Shown in pieces: positions 37,649 through 48,100 of a DNA stretch of 64,000 nt. Positions within the stretch are counted from its first letter, which is position 1; every line of letters begins with the position of its first letter. Both the position numbers and the translations under genes were made by a program. This DNA comes from a virus. The stretch covers positions 35,481 to 99,480 of the IMG/VR virus record IMGVR_UViG_3300027804_003215; one strand, written 5' to 3'. The notes below the pieces were generated by a model. It worked only from the letters and a program-made list of their open reading frames with translations, was not told the DNA's origin and did no database searches.

Positions 37649-38650
37649 GTGACAAAAACACTACTTGTCGACGGAGACAATTTATTTAAAATAGGATTTC
37701 ACGGGGTTAAGGACCTTTTTACGGACGGTTCTCACATAGGTGGAGTATATCACTTCATCAATACACTTAGACGATTCTTGGAGGAGCACAATCACGATAA
37801 AGTGGTTGTATTTTGGGACGGCGACTCAAACTCATCAATAAGAAAATCTTTATACCCACAATACAAGGGTAATCGTCGACAAGACATGAATGAGTACAAA
37901 TACGAATCTTACTTGCAACAAAAGGCAAGAGTAAAGATGTATTTGGAGGAGGTCTACATCCGACAGGTGGAAATGGTAAACAATGAAGCTGATGATTTGA
38001 TTGCTTATTACAGTCAAGTAGCGACTGATGAAAACATAATAATTTTTTCAGCAGATAAAGACCTCACTCAATTAATAAATGAAAGAGTAACAATCTATTC
38101 ACCTGTATCCAAAAGGTATTTCAAAAACGGGGACAAGATTTCAATCAACAAAGTGGAAATACCACACCAAAATGTGACGGTATGTAAAGTTTTTACGGGT
38201 GATAAGTCAGACAATATCGATGGTATTGAGGGTTTAGGTGAAAAAACTCTTATAAAACTTTTCCCTCAAATGTTGACTAAGTCATGCACTATCGACGAAA
38301 TATTGGATAATGCACGAAATATCGAGCAGAAAAAACCTATCAAAAGTTTATCAAATATTTTGACTGGTAAGACCAAAAGCGGTATACTTGGAGAACAGTT
38401 CTACTCCATCAACAAACAAATAGTGGACCTAAACTCCCCTCTTATAACTGATGATGGTAAACAACTTGTAGAACAAATTCATACCGATACAATTGACCCC
38501 ACAGACCGTGGATATAAAAACTTGATGAGACTTATGATGGAGGACGGTCTCTTCAAATATCTCCCCAAGAACGATGAAGCTTGGGTAAACTTCCTAAAAC
38601 CCTTCTTAAAATTAATAAGAAAAGAAAAACGAAACACTAAAAACAAATGA
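37649..38650 (+). CDS. 5'-3' exonuclease / flap endonuclease (T4 RNase H, PolA N-terminal-like)
   Basis: LLVDGDNL, VFWDG, YKGNR, EADDLIA, SADKDLTQL and GDKSDNIDGIEGLGEKT motifs; GTG start. Confidence 0.92.
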   Translation: MTKTLLVDGDNLFKIGFHGVKDLFTDGSHIGGVYHFINTLRRFLEEHNHDKVVVFWDGDSNSSIRKSLYPQYKGNRRQDMNEYKYESYLQQKARVKMYLEEVYIRQVEMVNNEADDLIAYYSQVATDENIIIFSADKDLTQLINERVTIYSPVSKRYFKNGDKISINKVEIPHQNVTVCKVFTGDKSDNIDGIEGLGEKTLIKLFPQMLTKSCTIDEILDNARNIEQKKPIKSLSNILTGKTKSGILGEQFYSINKQIVDLNSPLITDDGKQLVEQIHTDTIDPTDRGYKNLMRLMMEDGLFKYLPKNDEAWVNFLKPFLKLIRKEKRNTKNK

Positions 38651-39108
38651 AAAACATGAAAGAACAAGAAATCACCAAGATGGAGTTTCTTTTGACTCTC
38701 AACGAAAACATTGTAGTACAAAGATACTTCAATGTTAAAGGTTACAATCCTGATGCGAAAAGCTCAATTGAGTTTTATGAGTTCATCAAAGACTTAAAAG
38801 ATGAATTACATTATTACCTTAAAATGAAAACGGTTGTTTATATGATGGACAACATGGAGGCAATCAAACATGACCCAAAAATCATGGAAACTTCTTTCAC
38901 TGATGGACCTGAAGTATTCAACATTTATGTTAAAGTGGGAGACCAGACAATTTGTCATAGAATTTTTGATGGTAAACTATTTCCTCCAAAAGTTCGTTAT
39001 ACAGTGGACGTAAGACCATATTTGAAAGATGTTTTGAAAAGTTTGACTGACATTTTTTCATCTGAAGAATTAAATTACCAATACTGCGAATTTGATTTGA
39101 GGGACTAA
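38647..39108 (+). CDS. Hypothetical protein in the replication operon
   Basis: ATGA overlap with the exonuclease gene; no recognised motif. Confidence 0.65.
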   Translation: MKNMKEQEITKMEFLLTLNENIVVQRYFNVKGYNPDAKSSIEFYEFIKDLKDELHYYLKMKTVVYMMDNMEAIKHDPKIMETSFTDGPEVFNIYVKVGDQTICHRIFDGKLFPPKVRYTVDVRPYLKDVLKSLTDIFSSEELNYQYCEFDLRD

Positions 39109-39142
39109 TATTTAATAAATAGAGGGGATATATTTCGGAGTT

Positions 39143-40525
39143 ATGAATAAGAATTTTGACTACTTAGGCAACACATTTCAGATACAATTACTGAACCAAA
39201 TTATTGAAGATAAAGACTTCGCATCGTCCATTATGGATGTTATTGAGAGTTCATATTTCGATAACAAGTATTTCAAAATTATTATTCAATTAATTAAAGA
39301 GTATTATAAAAAGTTTGAGGCAACACCAAATTTTGAAACTTTGGAGCAACTCATCAGAGCCGAAGTTACACAAGAATTTGTTGCAAAGATAGTTCTCGAC
39401 ACACTCAAACAAGTCAAAGACGCACCATTCGAAGGTTCACAGTTTGTTCAAGAAAAAGCACTCAAGTTTTGTAAACAACAAGAGCTTCAGAAGGCTATGG
39501 ACAAAGCCCAAAAAATTATCACAGAGGGTGACTTTGAGTCTTACGATAAAGTGGAAGGTTTAGTCCGTGAAGCTTTACAGGTGGGAGAAGTTGAGAAAAA
39601 TGTTTCTGATATCTTTACAGGTTTGGAAACAGTATTGGAAGAAGATTATAGACACCCAATCCCTATGGGAGTTGCTGGTATTGACAAACTATTGAAGGGT
39701 GGATTAGCCAAAGGTGAAATTGGGGTCATACTTGCACCCACAGGTGTTGGTAAGACCACAATTTTAACCAAAATTGCAAACACAGCATTCAACATGGGTT
39801 ATAACGTTCTTCAAATTTTCTTTGAGGACAATCCGAAAATAGTTCAAAGAAAGCACTTCACGATTTGGACTGGTATTGCACCCGACGAACTTGCCAATCA
39901 CAAAGAAGAAGTCATGTCAAAAATTGTCGAAATACAAGAGACAATGAAAAACAAACTTGTCTTAAAGAAACTTGCCTCTGATACGGTCACTATGAACCAA
40001 ATCAAAAACCAAGTTAGAAAGATGATTGCTGACGGAACAAAAATCGATTTGATTTTGTTGGATTACATTGATTGTGTTCTTCCTGAACAATCTGCAAAAG
40101 ACGAGTGGAAAGCTGAGGGTTCTGTAATGAGAGCATTTGAAGCCATGTGTCATGAATTAAATCTTGTCGGATGGACTGCAACTCAAGGTAACAGAAGTTC
40201 AATTTCTTCGGAAGTTGTAACTACTGACCAAATGGGAGGTTCAATTAAGAAAGCACAAGTCGGACACGTAATCATTACAGTAGCAAAAACACTTCAACAA
40301 AAAGAGTTGAACTTAGCAACTATAGCCATTACAAAATCCCGTTTGGGTAAAGACGGAGTTGTATTTGAAAATTGTAAATTCAATAATGAACTCCTTGAGA
40401 TAGATACAGAATCCTCAGTCACATTCCTTGGATTTGAAGAACAACAAGAAGAGAAAAAAAGAGATAGAGTTAGAGAACTACTTGAAAAAAGAAAGGCTCG
40501 TGAAAATACTCAAAACAACGTGTAA
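39143..40525 (+). CDS. dnaB: Replicative DnaB-like helicase (gp41-like)
   Basis: Walker A APTGVGKT, LLDYID, WTATQGNR and KSRLG motifs. Confidence 0.92.
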   Translation: MNKNFDYLGNTFQIQLLNQIIEDKDFASSIMDVIESSYFDNKYFKIIIQLIKEYYKKFEATPNFETLEQLIRAEVTQEFVAKIVLDTLKQVKDAPFEGSQFVQEKALKFCKQQELQKAMDKAQKIITEGDFESYDKVEGLVREALQVGEVEKNVSDIFTGLETVLEEDYRHPIPMGVAGIDKLLKGGLAKGEIGVILAPTGVGKTTILTKIANTAFNMGYNVLQIFFEDNPKIVQRKHFTIWTGIAPDELANHKEEVMSKIVEIQETMKNKLVLKKLASDTVTMNQIKNQVRKMIADGTKIDLILLDYIDCVLPEQSAKDEWKAEGSVMRAFEAMCHELNLVGWTATQGNRSSISSEVVTTDQMGGSIKKAQVGHVIITVAKTLQQKELNLATIAITKSRLGKDGVVFENCKFNNELLEIDTESSVTFLGFEEQQEEKKRDRVRELLEKRKARENTQNNV

Positions 40526-40659
40526 TTAAATATCTACTTTTTTCAAAAAAAACTTATTTTTTTTTAATTAAATTTGTGGTCGATTAGTACACGACCCGAT
40601 ATTTAATAAGAAAATCACCGATTTTTTTAATAAAAATATTCTACAAAAAAATTACAAAA

Positions 40660-42522
40660 ATGGACATTTCGAACAGAATTTTATCAGAGATTACAGTGTA
40701 CATGAAGTACGCAAAGTATATCCCTGAGTTGAAGAGAAGAGAGACGTGGCAAGAGCTTGTCACAAGAAACATGGAGATGCATATCAAAAAGTTTCCACAA
40801 TTAGAAAATGAAATCAGAGAGAATTACATGTATGTTTACAAAAAACAAGTTCTCCCTTCAATGAGGTCAATGCAGTTTGCAGGAAAACCTATTGAAATTT
40901 CACCAAACAGAATTTATAACTGTGCATATGCACCTGTTGATGATTGGAGAGTTTTTTCTGAAATTATGTTTCTATTGTTAGGTGGAACAGGTGTGGGATA
41001 TTCTGTTCAAAAACATCACGTAGACGCATTACCCGAAATTAGAAAACCAAGTAAAGAAAGAGGTAGAAGATGGTTGGTTGCGGATTCTATCGAGGGATGG
41101 GCAGATGCAATTAAAGTTTTGGTTAAAACTTACTTCTTTGGTGGTTCACACATTGAATTCGATTTCAGTGATATCAGACCAAAAGGTGCGAGACTTGTTA
41201 CCTCAGGTGGTAAAGCACCCGGTCCTCAACCTCTCAAAGAGTGTCTTATCAAGTTAGAGGGTATTTTAGATTCAAAACAAGACGGTGACAAACTCAGACC
41301 AATTGAAGTTCATGATATGGTTTGTCATATCGCAGACGCGGTTCTTGCGGGTGGTATCAGAAGAGCTGCATTAATATCTTTGTTCTCAGCAACAGATGAA
41401 GAAATGATTGGTTGTAAAAGTGGTCAATGGTGGGAACACAACCCACAGAGGGGTAGAGCTAATAACTCGGCCGTTCTTATGAGACACAAGATTACGAAGG
41501 ATTACTTTATGGACCTTTGGAAAAGAATTGAAGCTAGTGGTGCTGGTGAACCAGGAATTTATTTGAGTAACGATAAAGATTGGGGAACTAACCCATGTTG
41601 TGAAATTGCACTTCGTCCATTCCAATTCTGTAATCTTACAGAGGTGAATGTATCCAATGTTGTATCACAAGAAGACTATGAGGATAGAGTTAAAGCTGCA
41701 ACATTCATCGGGACACTTCAAGCAGGTTATACCGATTTCCACTACCTAAGACCAATTTGGCAAAGAACAACTGAAAAAGATGCGTTGATTGGAATTTCAA
41801 TGACAGGTATTGGTTCAGGTGCGGTCTTAGGATTGAACATGAAATCAGCGGCTAAAGTAGTAAAAGAAGAAAACAAAAGAGTTGCTGAGATAATTGGAAT
41901 AAATCCTGCGGCTAGAACAACAACAGTTAAACCTGCGGGGACAACATCTCTTACCCTTGGAACTTCATCAGGTATTCACGCTTGGCATAATGAATACTAT
42001 ATCAGAAGAGTAAGAGTTGGTAAGAACGAAGCAATTTATAGTCATCTCAAGAGTAATCATCCTGAATTAGTAGAAGACGAATACTTCAGACCACACGATA
42101 CTGCGGTTATTGGTATTCCACAAAAATCACCAGAGGGCTCAATTCTAAGAAACGAATCACCAATTCAACTTTTAGAGAGAGTTAAAAAGGTACAACAAGA
42201 ATGGATTAAACCTGGTCATAGAAGTGGCTCAAACGCCCACAACGTATCTGCGACGGTTTCAATTCGTGAACACGAATGGCCTGCAGTAGGTGAGTGGATG
42301 TGGGAAAACAAAGAGTATTATAATGGTCTTTCTGTACTTCCTTATGATGGTGGAACTTATATTCAGGCACCATTCGAAGATTGTACCAAAGAAAAGTATG
42401 ACGAATTAATGGCAACACTTAAGGACGTTGATTTATCCAAAATCGTTGAAATAGACGACAATACAGATTTGAGTGGTGAAGCGGCATGTGCTGGTGGCGC
42501 TTGTGAAGTAAAATTTGTTTAA
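40660..42522 (+). CDS. nrdJ: Class II (adenosylcobalamin-dependent, monomeric-type) ribonucleotide reductase
   Basis: PSMRSMQFAG, YNC, GGIRRAALI, RANNS, TNPCCEI, CNLTEVN, VKPAGT and C-terminal CAGGAC motifs; no small-subunit gene nearby. Confidence 0.9.
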   Translation: MDISNRILSEITVYMKYAKYIPELKRRETWQELVTRNMEMHIKKFPQLENEIRENYMYVYKKQVLPSMRSMQFAGKPIEISPNRIYNCAYAPVDDWRVFSEIMFLLLGGTGVGYSVQKHHVDALPEIRKPSKERGRRWLVADSIEGWADAIKVLVKTYFFGGSHIEFDFSDIRPKGARLVTSGGKAPGPQPLKECLIKLEGILDSKQDGDKLRPIEVHDMVCHIADAVLAGGIRRAALISLFSATDEEMIGCKSGQWWEHNPQRGRANNSAVLMRHKITKDYFMDLWKRIEASGAGEPGIYLSNDKDWGTNPCCEIALRPFQFCNLTEVNVSNVVSQEDYEDRVKAATFIGTLQAGYTDFHYLRPIWQRTTEKDALIGISMTGIGSGAVLGLNMKSAAKVVKEENKRVAEIIGINPAARTTTVKPAGTTSLTLGTSSGIHAWHNEYYIRRVRVGKNEAIYSHLKSNHPELVEDEYFRPHDTAVIGIPQKSPEGSILRNESPIQLLERVKKVQQEWIKPGHRSGSNAHNVSATVSIREHEWPAVGEWMWENKEYYNGLSVLPYDGGTYIQAPFEDCTKEKYDELMATLKDVDLSKIVEIDDNTDLSGEAACAGGACEVKFV

Positions 42523-42722
42523 TGAAAGAAAGTAAAAACAATAGTCAAAGGGAGAAGTCAAAACTTCTCCCTTCTGATTTTTACATGGAGAATGGACGAA
42601 AAGTTATGACCGAGTATTATCATGTAAGGAGGGGATACTGTTGCGGTTCAGGATGTAGACATTGTCCTTTTGAACCAATAGCAGTTAAAGGGAATACAAC
42701 TTTAATTAAAAAAACACCGTAG
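42522..42722 (+). CDS. DUF5522-like Cys-rich small protein
   Basis: DFYMENG..V.TE.YH..RGYCCGSGCRHCP motif; TAATG-coupled to nrdJ. Confidence 0.75.
   Translation: MKESKNNSQREKSKLLPSDFYMENGRKVMTEYYHVRRGYCCGSGCRHCPFEPIAVKGNTTLIKKTP
42548..42580 (+). terminator. Strong hairpin, possible terminator or attenuator after nrdJ, inside the DUF5522 5' region
   Basis: AAGGGAGAAGT-CAAA-ACTTCTCCCTT 11-bp perfect stem followed by CTGATTTTT. Confidence 0.5.
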
Positions 42723-42735
42723 TATATTTATGTTT

Positions 42736-43209
42736 ATGGCAGATGGTATTACTTATGGTTTGAAATTTCCTTTTGAGGATTCACTTAGAGGTGACTATCT
42801 AAGATTGACAGAATTTGAATCACAACAAATCAGGGCAGATTTGATTTTTCTACTTCTAACTAGAAAGGGTTCAAGATATTATTTACCTGAATTCGGAACA
42901 AGACTTTATGAGTTCATATTCGAACCCAACGACGGGTTAACATTCCAAGCCATTGAGTCAGACATACGTGACTCAATAAATCAATTCATGCCCAATCTCC
43001 TTGTAAATCAAATAACTATCGAACCTGCAGACCAATCTGTTGAGGTAAATAGTATTAACGAACAACCAATTTCAAGTGACCCGAGACTTACGGACATTTA
43101 CAGGGTACCAGGAAAAGGTACAGGAGAGTATACTGCAAAAATAAAAATAGATTATTCAGTCAATGCACAAACCTTTGCACAGAGTGATTTTGTAATAATC
43201 AATATTTAA
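42736..43209 (+). CDS. Baseplate wedge subunit, gp25/GPW-like
   Basis: GLKFPF, L.FLLLTRKGSR..LPEFGT.LYEFIFEP motifs. Start ATG 42736 lies 4 nt after TATTTAT. Confidence 0.88.
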   Translation: MADGITYGLKFPFEDSLRGDYLRLTEFESQQIRADLIFLLLTRKGSRYYLPEFGTRLYEFIFEPNDGLTFQAIESDIRDSINQFMPNLLVNQITIEPADQSVEVNSINEQPISSDPRLTDIYRVPGKGTGEYTAKIKIDYSVNAQTFAQSDFVIINI

Positions 43210-43214
43210 AAGAA

Positions 43215-45053
43215 ATGGCAGATAGAAATATATCATACGCTACAAGAGACTTCGCGGCAATTAGAGTTGAGTTACAAAATTATGTAAGAACTTATTATCC
43301 CGAACTTATTCAAGATTTTAATGACGCCTCAGTATTTTCAGTATTTCTTGATTTGAATGCTGCCGTAGCAGACAATCTCAATTTTCATATCGATAGAAGT
43401 TTACAAGAGACAGTTTTACAGTATGCTCAACAGAAGTCTTCGATTTACAATATAGCTCGAACTTATGGTTTGAAAATACCTGGAATGAGACCATCTGTTG
43501 CTCTTGTCGATTTTTCAATCACCGTTCCAGCCTTCGGAGATAAAGAAGATGAAAGATATCTTGGAACCTTACTAAGAGGTTCACAAGTAATCGGTGCGGG
43601 TATTGTTTTTGAAAACGTTGAAGATATTGATTTTGCTTCTCCATATAATTCTCAAGGTTTCCCTAATAGATTGAAAATACCAAATTTCAACGCTAATGGG
43701 GTTTTAATCAATTACACAATAACAAAAAGAGAAGTTGTAGTAAACGGAATAACAAAAGTATTCAAAAGAGTTATCACACCAAATGATGTTAGACCATTCT
43801 TTGAATTGTTTTTACCTGAAAAAAATGTTTTAGGTATCACAAGTGTGTTATTGAAAAATGGAACTCAGTTTACTAACCTACCGAGTACCGCAGAATTTTT
43901 AGGTTTACAAGATAGGTGGTATGAGGTTGATGCCTTAGCAGAGGATAGAATATTTGTAGAAGACCCAACAAAAGTTTCTGACCAACCCGGTATCAAAGTT
44001 GGTAGATATATCCAAACACAAAATAGATTTATATCAGAGTTTACTTCAGAGGGTTTCAAAAAGTTAACGTTTGGTGGAGGTACAAATACGGCTCAAGATG
44101 CCTTAGACCAGTTTACAACTTTAGGTGCAACATTGGATTTACAAAAGTATACCAACAACCTTTCTTTAGGTTCAGCACTTAGACCTAACTCTACTTTGTT
44201 TATTCAATATAGAGTTGGGGGTGGACTTAACACAAACATGGGAACAAATGTAATTAATCAAGTTGGGACTGTATCATTTTTTGTAAATGGCCCATCAGAC
44301 AATACAAACACCGCAGTGGTTAATTCGTTGAGATGTAATAACGTTACAGCAGCAATTGGTGGTGCAAACATGCCAACGATTGACGAAGTAAGAAACTACG
44401 TTTCATTTAACTTCGCAGCACAAAAAAGAGCAGTCACAGTTTCAGACTATGAGTCAATAATCAGAACGATGCCAGCTCAGTTTGGAGCACCAGCAAAAGT
44501 GGCGATAACCGAAAACGACAATAAAATACTAGTTCAAATTCTTTCATACGATACATCAGGAAGATTGACTAACATTGTTTCAAATACCTTGAAACAAAAT
44601 ATTGCAAACTACTTGTCAAACTACAGAATGATGAATGACTATATTTCGATTTTCAGTGCTGAGGTTATTGATTTGAGTGTTGATGTTTCAATAGTTTTAG
44701 ACTCGGCTCAAAACTCAGGTCAAGTTATTACCAACGTAATCGACAAAATATCTGCTTATTTTAATCCTCAAACAAGAGAACTTGGACAAAACGTATATCT
44801 TTCAGAACTAAGAAGTATAATTCAAAATACAAACGGAGTATTGACTGTTGCAAGTATCGATGTCTTCAATGAGGTAGGCGGACAATATTCATCCGCAGAG
44901 ACTTCTATGGAATATTCTGACCCTGAACTCAAACAAGTTGGACCTGTTGATGATACAATATTTGCTCAACCTAACCAAATTTATCAGATAAGATTTCCGA
45001 ATAAAGATATTAGAGTTTCAGTTAAGAACTTCCAATCTATTACCTTCTCTTAA
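43215..45053 (+). CDS. Baseplate wedge subunit, gp6/Baseplate-J-like
   Basis: RDFAAIR..L, DFNDAS, YRVGGG..N, GGA and QKRAVT.SDY motifs. Confidence 0.88.
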   Translation: MADRNISYATRDFAAIRVELQNYVRTYYPELIQDFNDASVFSVFLDLNAAVADNLNFHIDRSLQETVLQYAQQKSSIYNIARTYGLKIPGMRPSVALVDFSITVPAFGDKEDERYLGTLLRGSQVIGAGIVFENVEDIDFASPYNSQGFPNRLKIPNFNANGVLINYTITKREVVVNGITKVFKRVITPNDVRPFFELFLPEKNVLGITSVLLKNGTQFTNLPSTAEFLGLQDRWYEVDALAEDRIFVEDPTKVSDQPGIKVGRYIQTQNRFISEFTSEGFKKLTFGGGTNTAQDALDQFTTLGATLDLQKYTNNLSLGSALRPNSTLFIQYRVGGGLNTNMGTNVINQVGTVSFFVNGPSDNTNTAVVNSLRCNNVTAAIGGANMPTIDEVRNYVSFNFAAQKRAVTVSDYESIIRTMPAQFGAPAKVAITENDNKILVQILSYDTSGRLTNIVSNTLKQNIANYLSNYRMMNDYISIFSAEVIDLSVDVSIVLDSAQNSGQVITNVIDKISAYFNPQTRELGQNVYLSELRSIIQNTNGVLTVASIDVFNEVGGQYSSAETSMEYSDPELKQVGPVDDTIFAQPNQIYQIRFPNKDIRVSVKNFQSITFS

Positions 45054-45140
45054 TCAATTTATTTTGGGGTTAATATCCCTATACTTTGATTGTGTGTTTT
45101 TACAAAATTACACAATAACTATTTATTTTAAAAGTATTGG

Positions 45141-48100
45141 ATGGGTCAATCATATAGGATTAGAACGGAACTTGGCATCACCAAATCAATCAACGTAGAA
45201 CTTGACCAAGAGTTTGAGTTTTTGGAAATATTGTCGTTGAAATTAAATCAAACAGACATCTATCTAAGAGCTTGTAGTGAGTATGGTGTGATTGTAGGTC
45301 GTGTTACAGCAAACAATGGATTGGGTCTACCAAATGCCAGAGTTTCAATCTTTATTCCAATAGAACCAATTGATGAATCCAACCCCGTTATTTCTTCCAT
45401 TTATCCCTATAAATCACCAGAGGATAAAAACGAAGATGGTTACAGATACAATTTATTACCTTACGAAAAATCTTATTCAGTTCACGCGGCAACAGGAACC
45501 TTACCTACAAGACTTGATGTTTTAACAGGAAATACCGCTTTCGAAATTTACGAAAAATATTATAAGTTCACAGCCAAAACTAATGATAGTGGTGACTATA
45601 TGATTATGGGTGTTCCACTCGGGGAGCAAACTGTAGTTATGGATGTTGACCTTTCTGACATCGGAGAGTTCTCTGTAACACCTCAAGATTTGATTAGAAT
45701 GGGAAGGGCAACAGAAGCTCAAGTTGCTGGAAATAGATTTAGAACATCCACTGATTTAAATTCTTTACCGCAGATTGTAAGTCTTTCGAAATCTGTTGAG
45801 ATTTCTCCACTTTGGGGTGAACCATCAATTTGTCAGATTGCAATTAACAGGGTTGATTTTGATTTGAGGGATGAAGCAAATATTGATATTCAACCCACCT
45901 CTGTTTTCATGGGGTCGATATATTCTACTTCGGACTCAATGAGAGTGAGACCAGATTTCAAGTTACCTTTTACAAATTTGACTATTTTGGGGCAAAGGCC
46001 AAAAGATAATTTTGGAAACTTGTGTAGTTTAGAGACAGGAACCGGTCAAATATTGGCGATAAGACAAACCATAAATTTGGATATAAGCGGAAATCCAATA
46101 TTAGAGCAATACCAAATAGAACAGAACGGAAATGTCATAGACGAGAATGGTTCATGGTTATTGGAACTTCCAATGAATTTGGATTATTTCATTACAAATG
46201 AATTTGGAGAAAAAGTGATATCTTATGACCCAACTATCGGAATTCCAACCAAAGCCAAATATAGATTTAAAATTAAGTGGACACAAGCCGCGACGTTAAC
46301 GGATGGGGTTAGAAGACCATATTATTTATTACCTAATGTTAAAGAATATGGATGGACAAGTCCTTCTAACGACCCAAATTTGGGCTTCAGCACATCGGCA
46401 AGAGCTAGATTAGGAAGTTCATATTATTTTGGTTTAGATTGGTCAGGGTATACAAATGGTTTTTCAACACAGGAAGCAAGTTCAAGAATAGATGAAATTA
46501 TAAATTGTCAGGACACTTTTTATCAATTTGAATACAATCGAGTTTATACCCCTTCTTCATTAATAGACCAATTCAAATTTGGTGGAAGAAGTAGATTTAT
46601 TGGTATTAAAGAAATTGACGATAATTCTTGTGCGGATACTGTAAATAAATTCCCTGTAAACGAAGGATTTAGGAATTTTGATTTACTCTATTTTATAGTA
46701 TCAATTATATTGCAAATTTTTCAATTAATATCCGCACCACTTATTGTTGCAATACATTTCATTTTAGGTTTATGGGATTTTTTAAATGAAACGAAGGGTT
46801 TACTTCAAGCATTTCTTTTTACAGTAGCTGGTCTTTATTTAACTTTAGCAATCATAAGTTTCGTTCAGGCCGGTAATTTGGAATTTCAGGCGGTAATTAG
46901 GCCGGCGAGGGTGGACATAAATGCCGTTCAAAATGCTTTGGAGGCCTTCGCTTTAAAATTACAGGCAGCACAAGCACTTGCTCAGGGTTGGTCTTACCTG
47001 GCGTCTTTCGGTAAAACATTAGCATTTGCAATTGCTGCTAACCTTTTAGGTAGATTATTACAGGGTAAAACGGTTAAGGTATTAACCCTACCTGCAATAA
47101 CATATCCTGATTGTGAAGGATGTCCATGTACAACAAGAGATGAGGGTTCAAATAATATCTCTGTTGGTTATAGTATTCTTTCATATTACTCAGGTAATTG
47201 GAATTATGGTTCACTTATTTACAGTAATATTTTAGAACCCTCGAATGTAAACCCTGATGACTTCGATATTCTTGAATTTATGTTAAGTTCTGTTTTCGCG
47301 GGAAATCCTAGCTCACAAAGAGGAAGAACCATTGATAGGTTATTGGAAGTTCAAACATATAAAACACCACAATCTTTTACGGCATACTTTCATAACTTAA
47401 GAGATAACCTCAGGCAAGGATATATTTTTACAAACTATCTACCCTACGGTGAAAGATTTAATTTGTTTAATCTAAGACAAAAATATTTTACTAATAAAAA
47501 TAGAATTAAAGTTACTTTTGATTTTACAGGAAATACTTCATTTCACTTGGATAATACTTTGTGTATTTCGACTCAAGAAAAATTTGAAACTGGACAACTT
47601 CTCACTTTTGTAAATCCAGTTAATTCACAAGATATAAATTACAAGTATTTTGGAAACCAAAGTAGTGCATTTTTTGGTATCACAGGAACTCCTCTTAATG
47701 TTGGTGCATCAACTTATGTGGTAAAATATGCTGACCCGAACAACCCAAGAGCAGAGATGAGTTCGACCTATAGATTAGGATATGGTTCCACAAACGACAT
47801 TTATAAATTCGCATCAGATGTTGAATATTTTCAGGTTGTAACGGCTATGACCATGGCACAAGCCTCTCAATATTTTCCTACTTCATTCCCACCCGAAACT
47901 CTACCCGATGTTTTGACATCAAAAACTAGATTCATTTTGAATACAAAGGAAACTTTTGGTTGGGGTAGACCAACAGTAAGTCCTGAATATCAAGTATCTT
48001 CTCTTTACGAAGATTTCGATAACCAATACTTGGTAATCTTACAAAGGGGTGTTGACCCATATTCACCAAAATATAATAACAAGTATGACCTAAACGTTTT

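Noticed and set aside
4529-42522. Inteins or introns in PolB, SNF2, helicase, UvsX or NrdJ
   Set aside because: Protein lengths and motif spacing are normal; no C/S...HN splice junction or LAGLIDADG/HNH insertion was seen.
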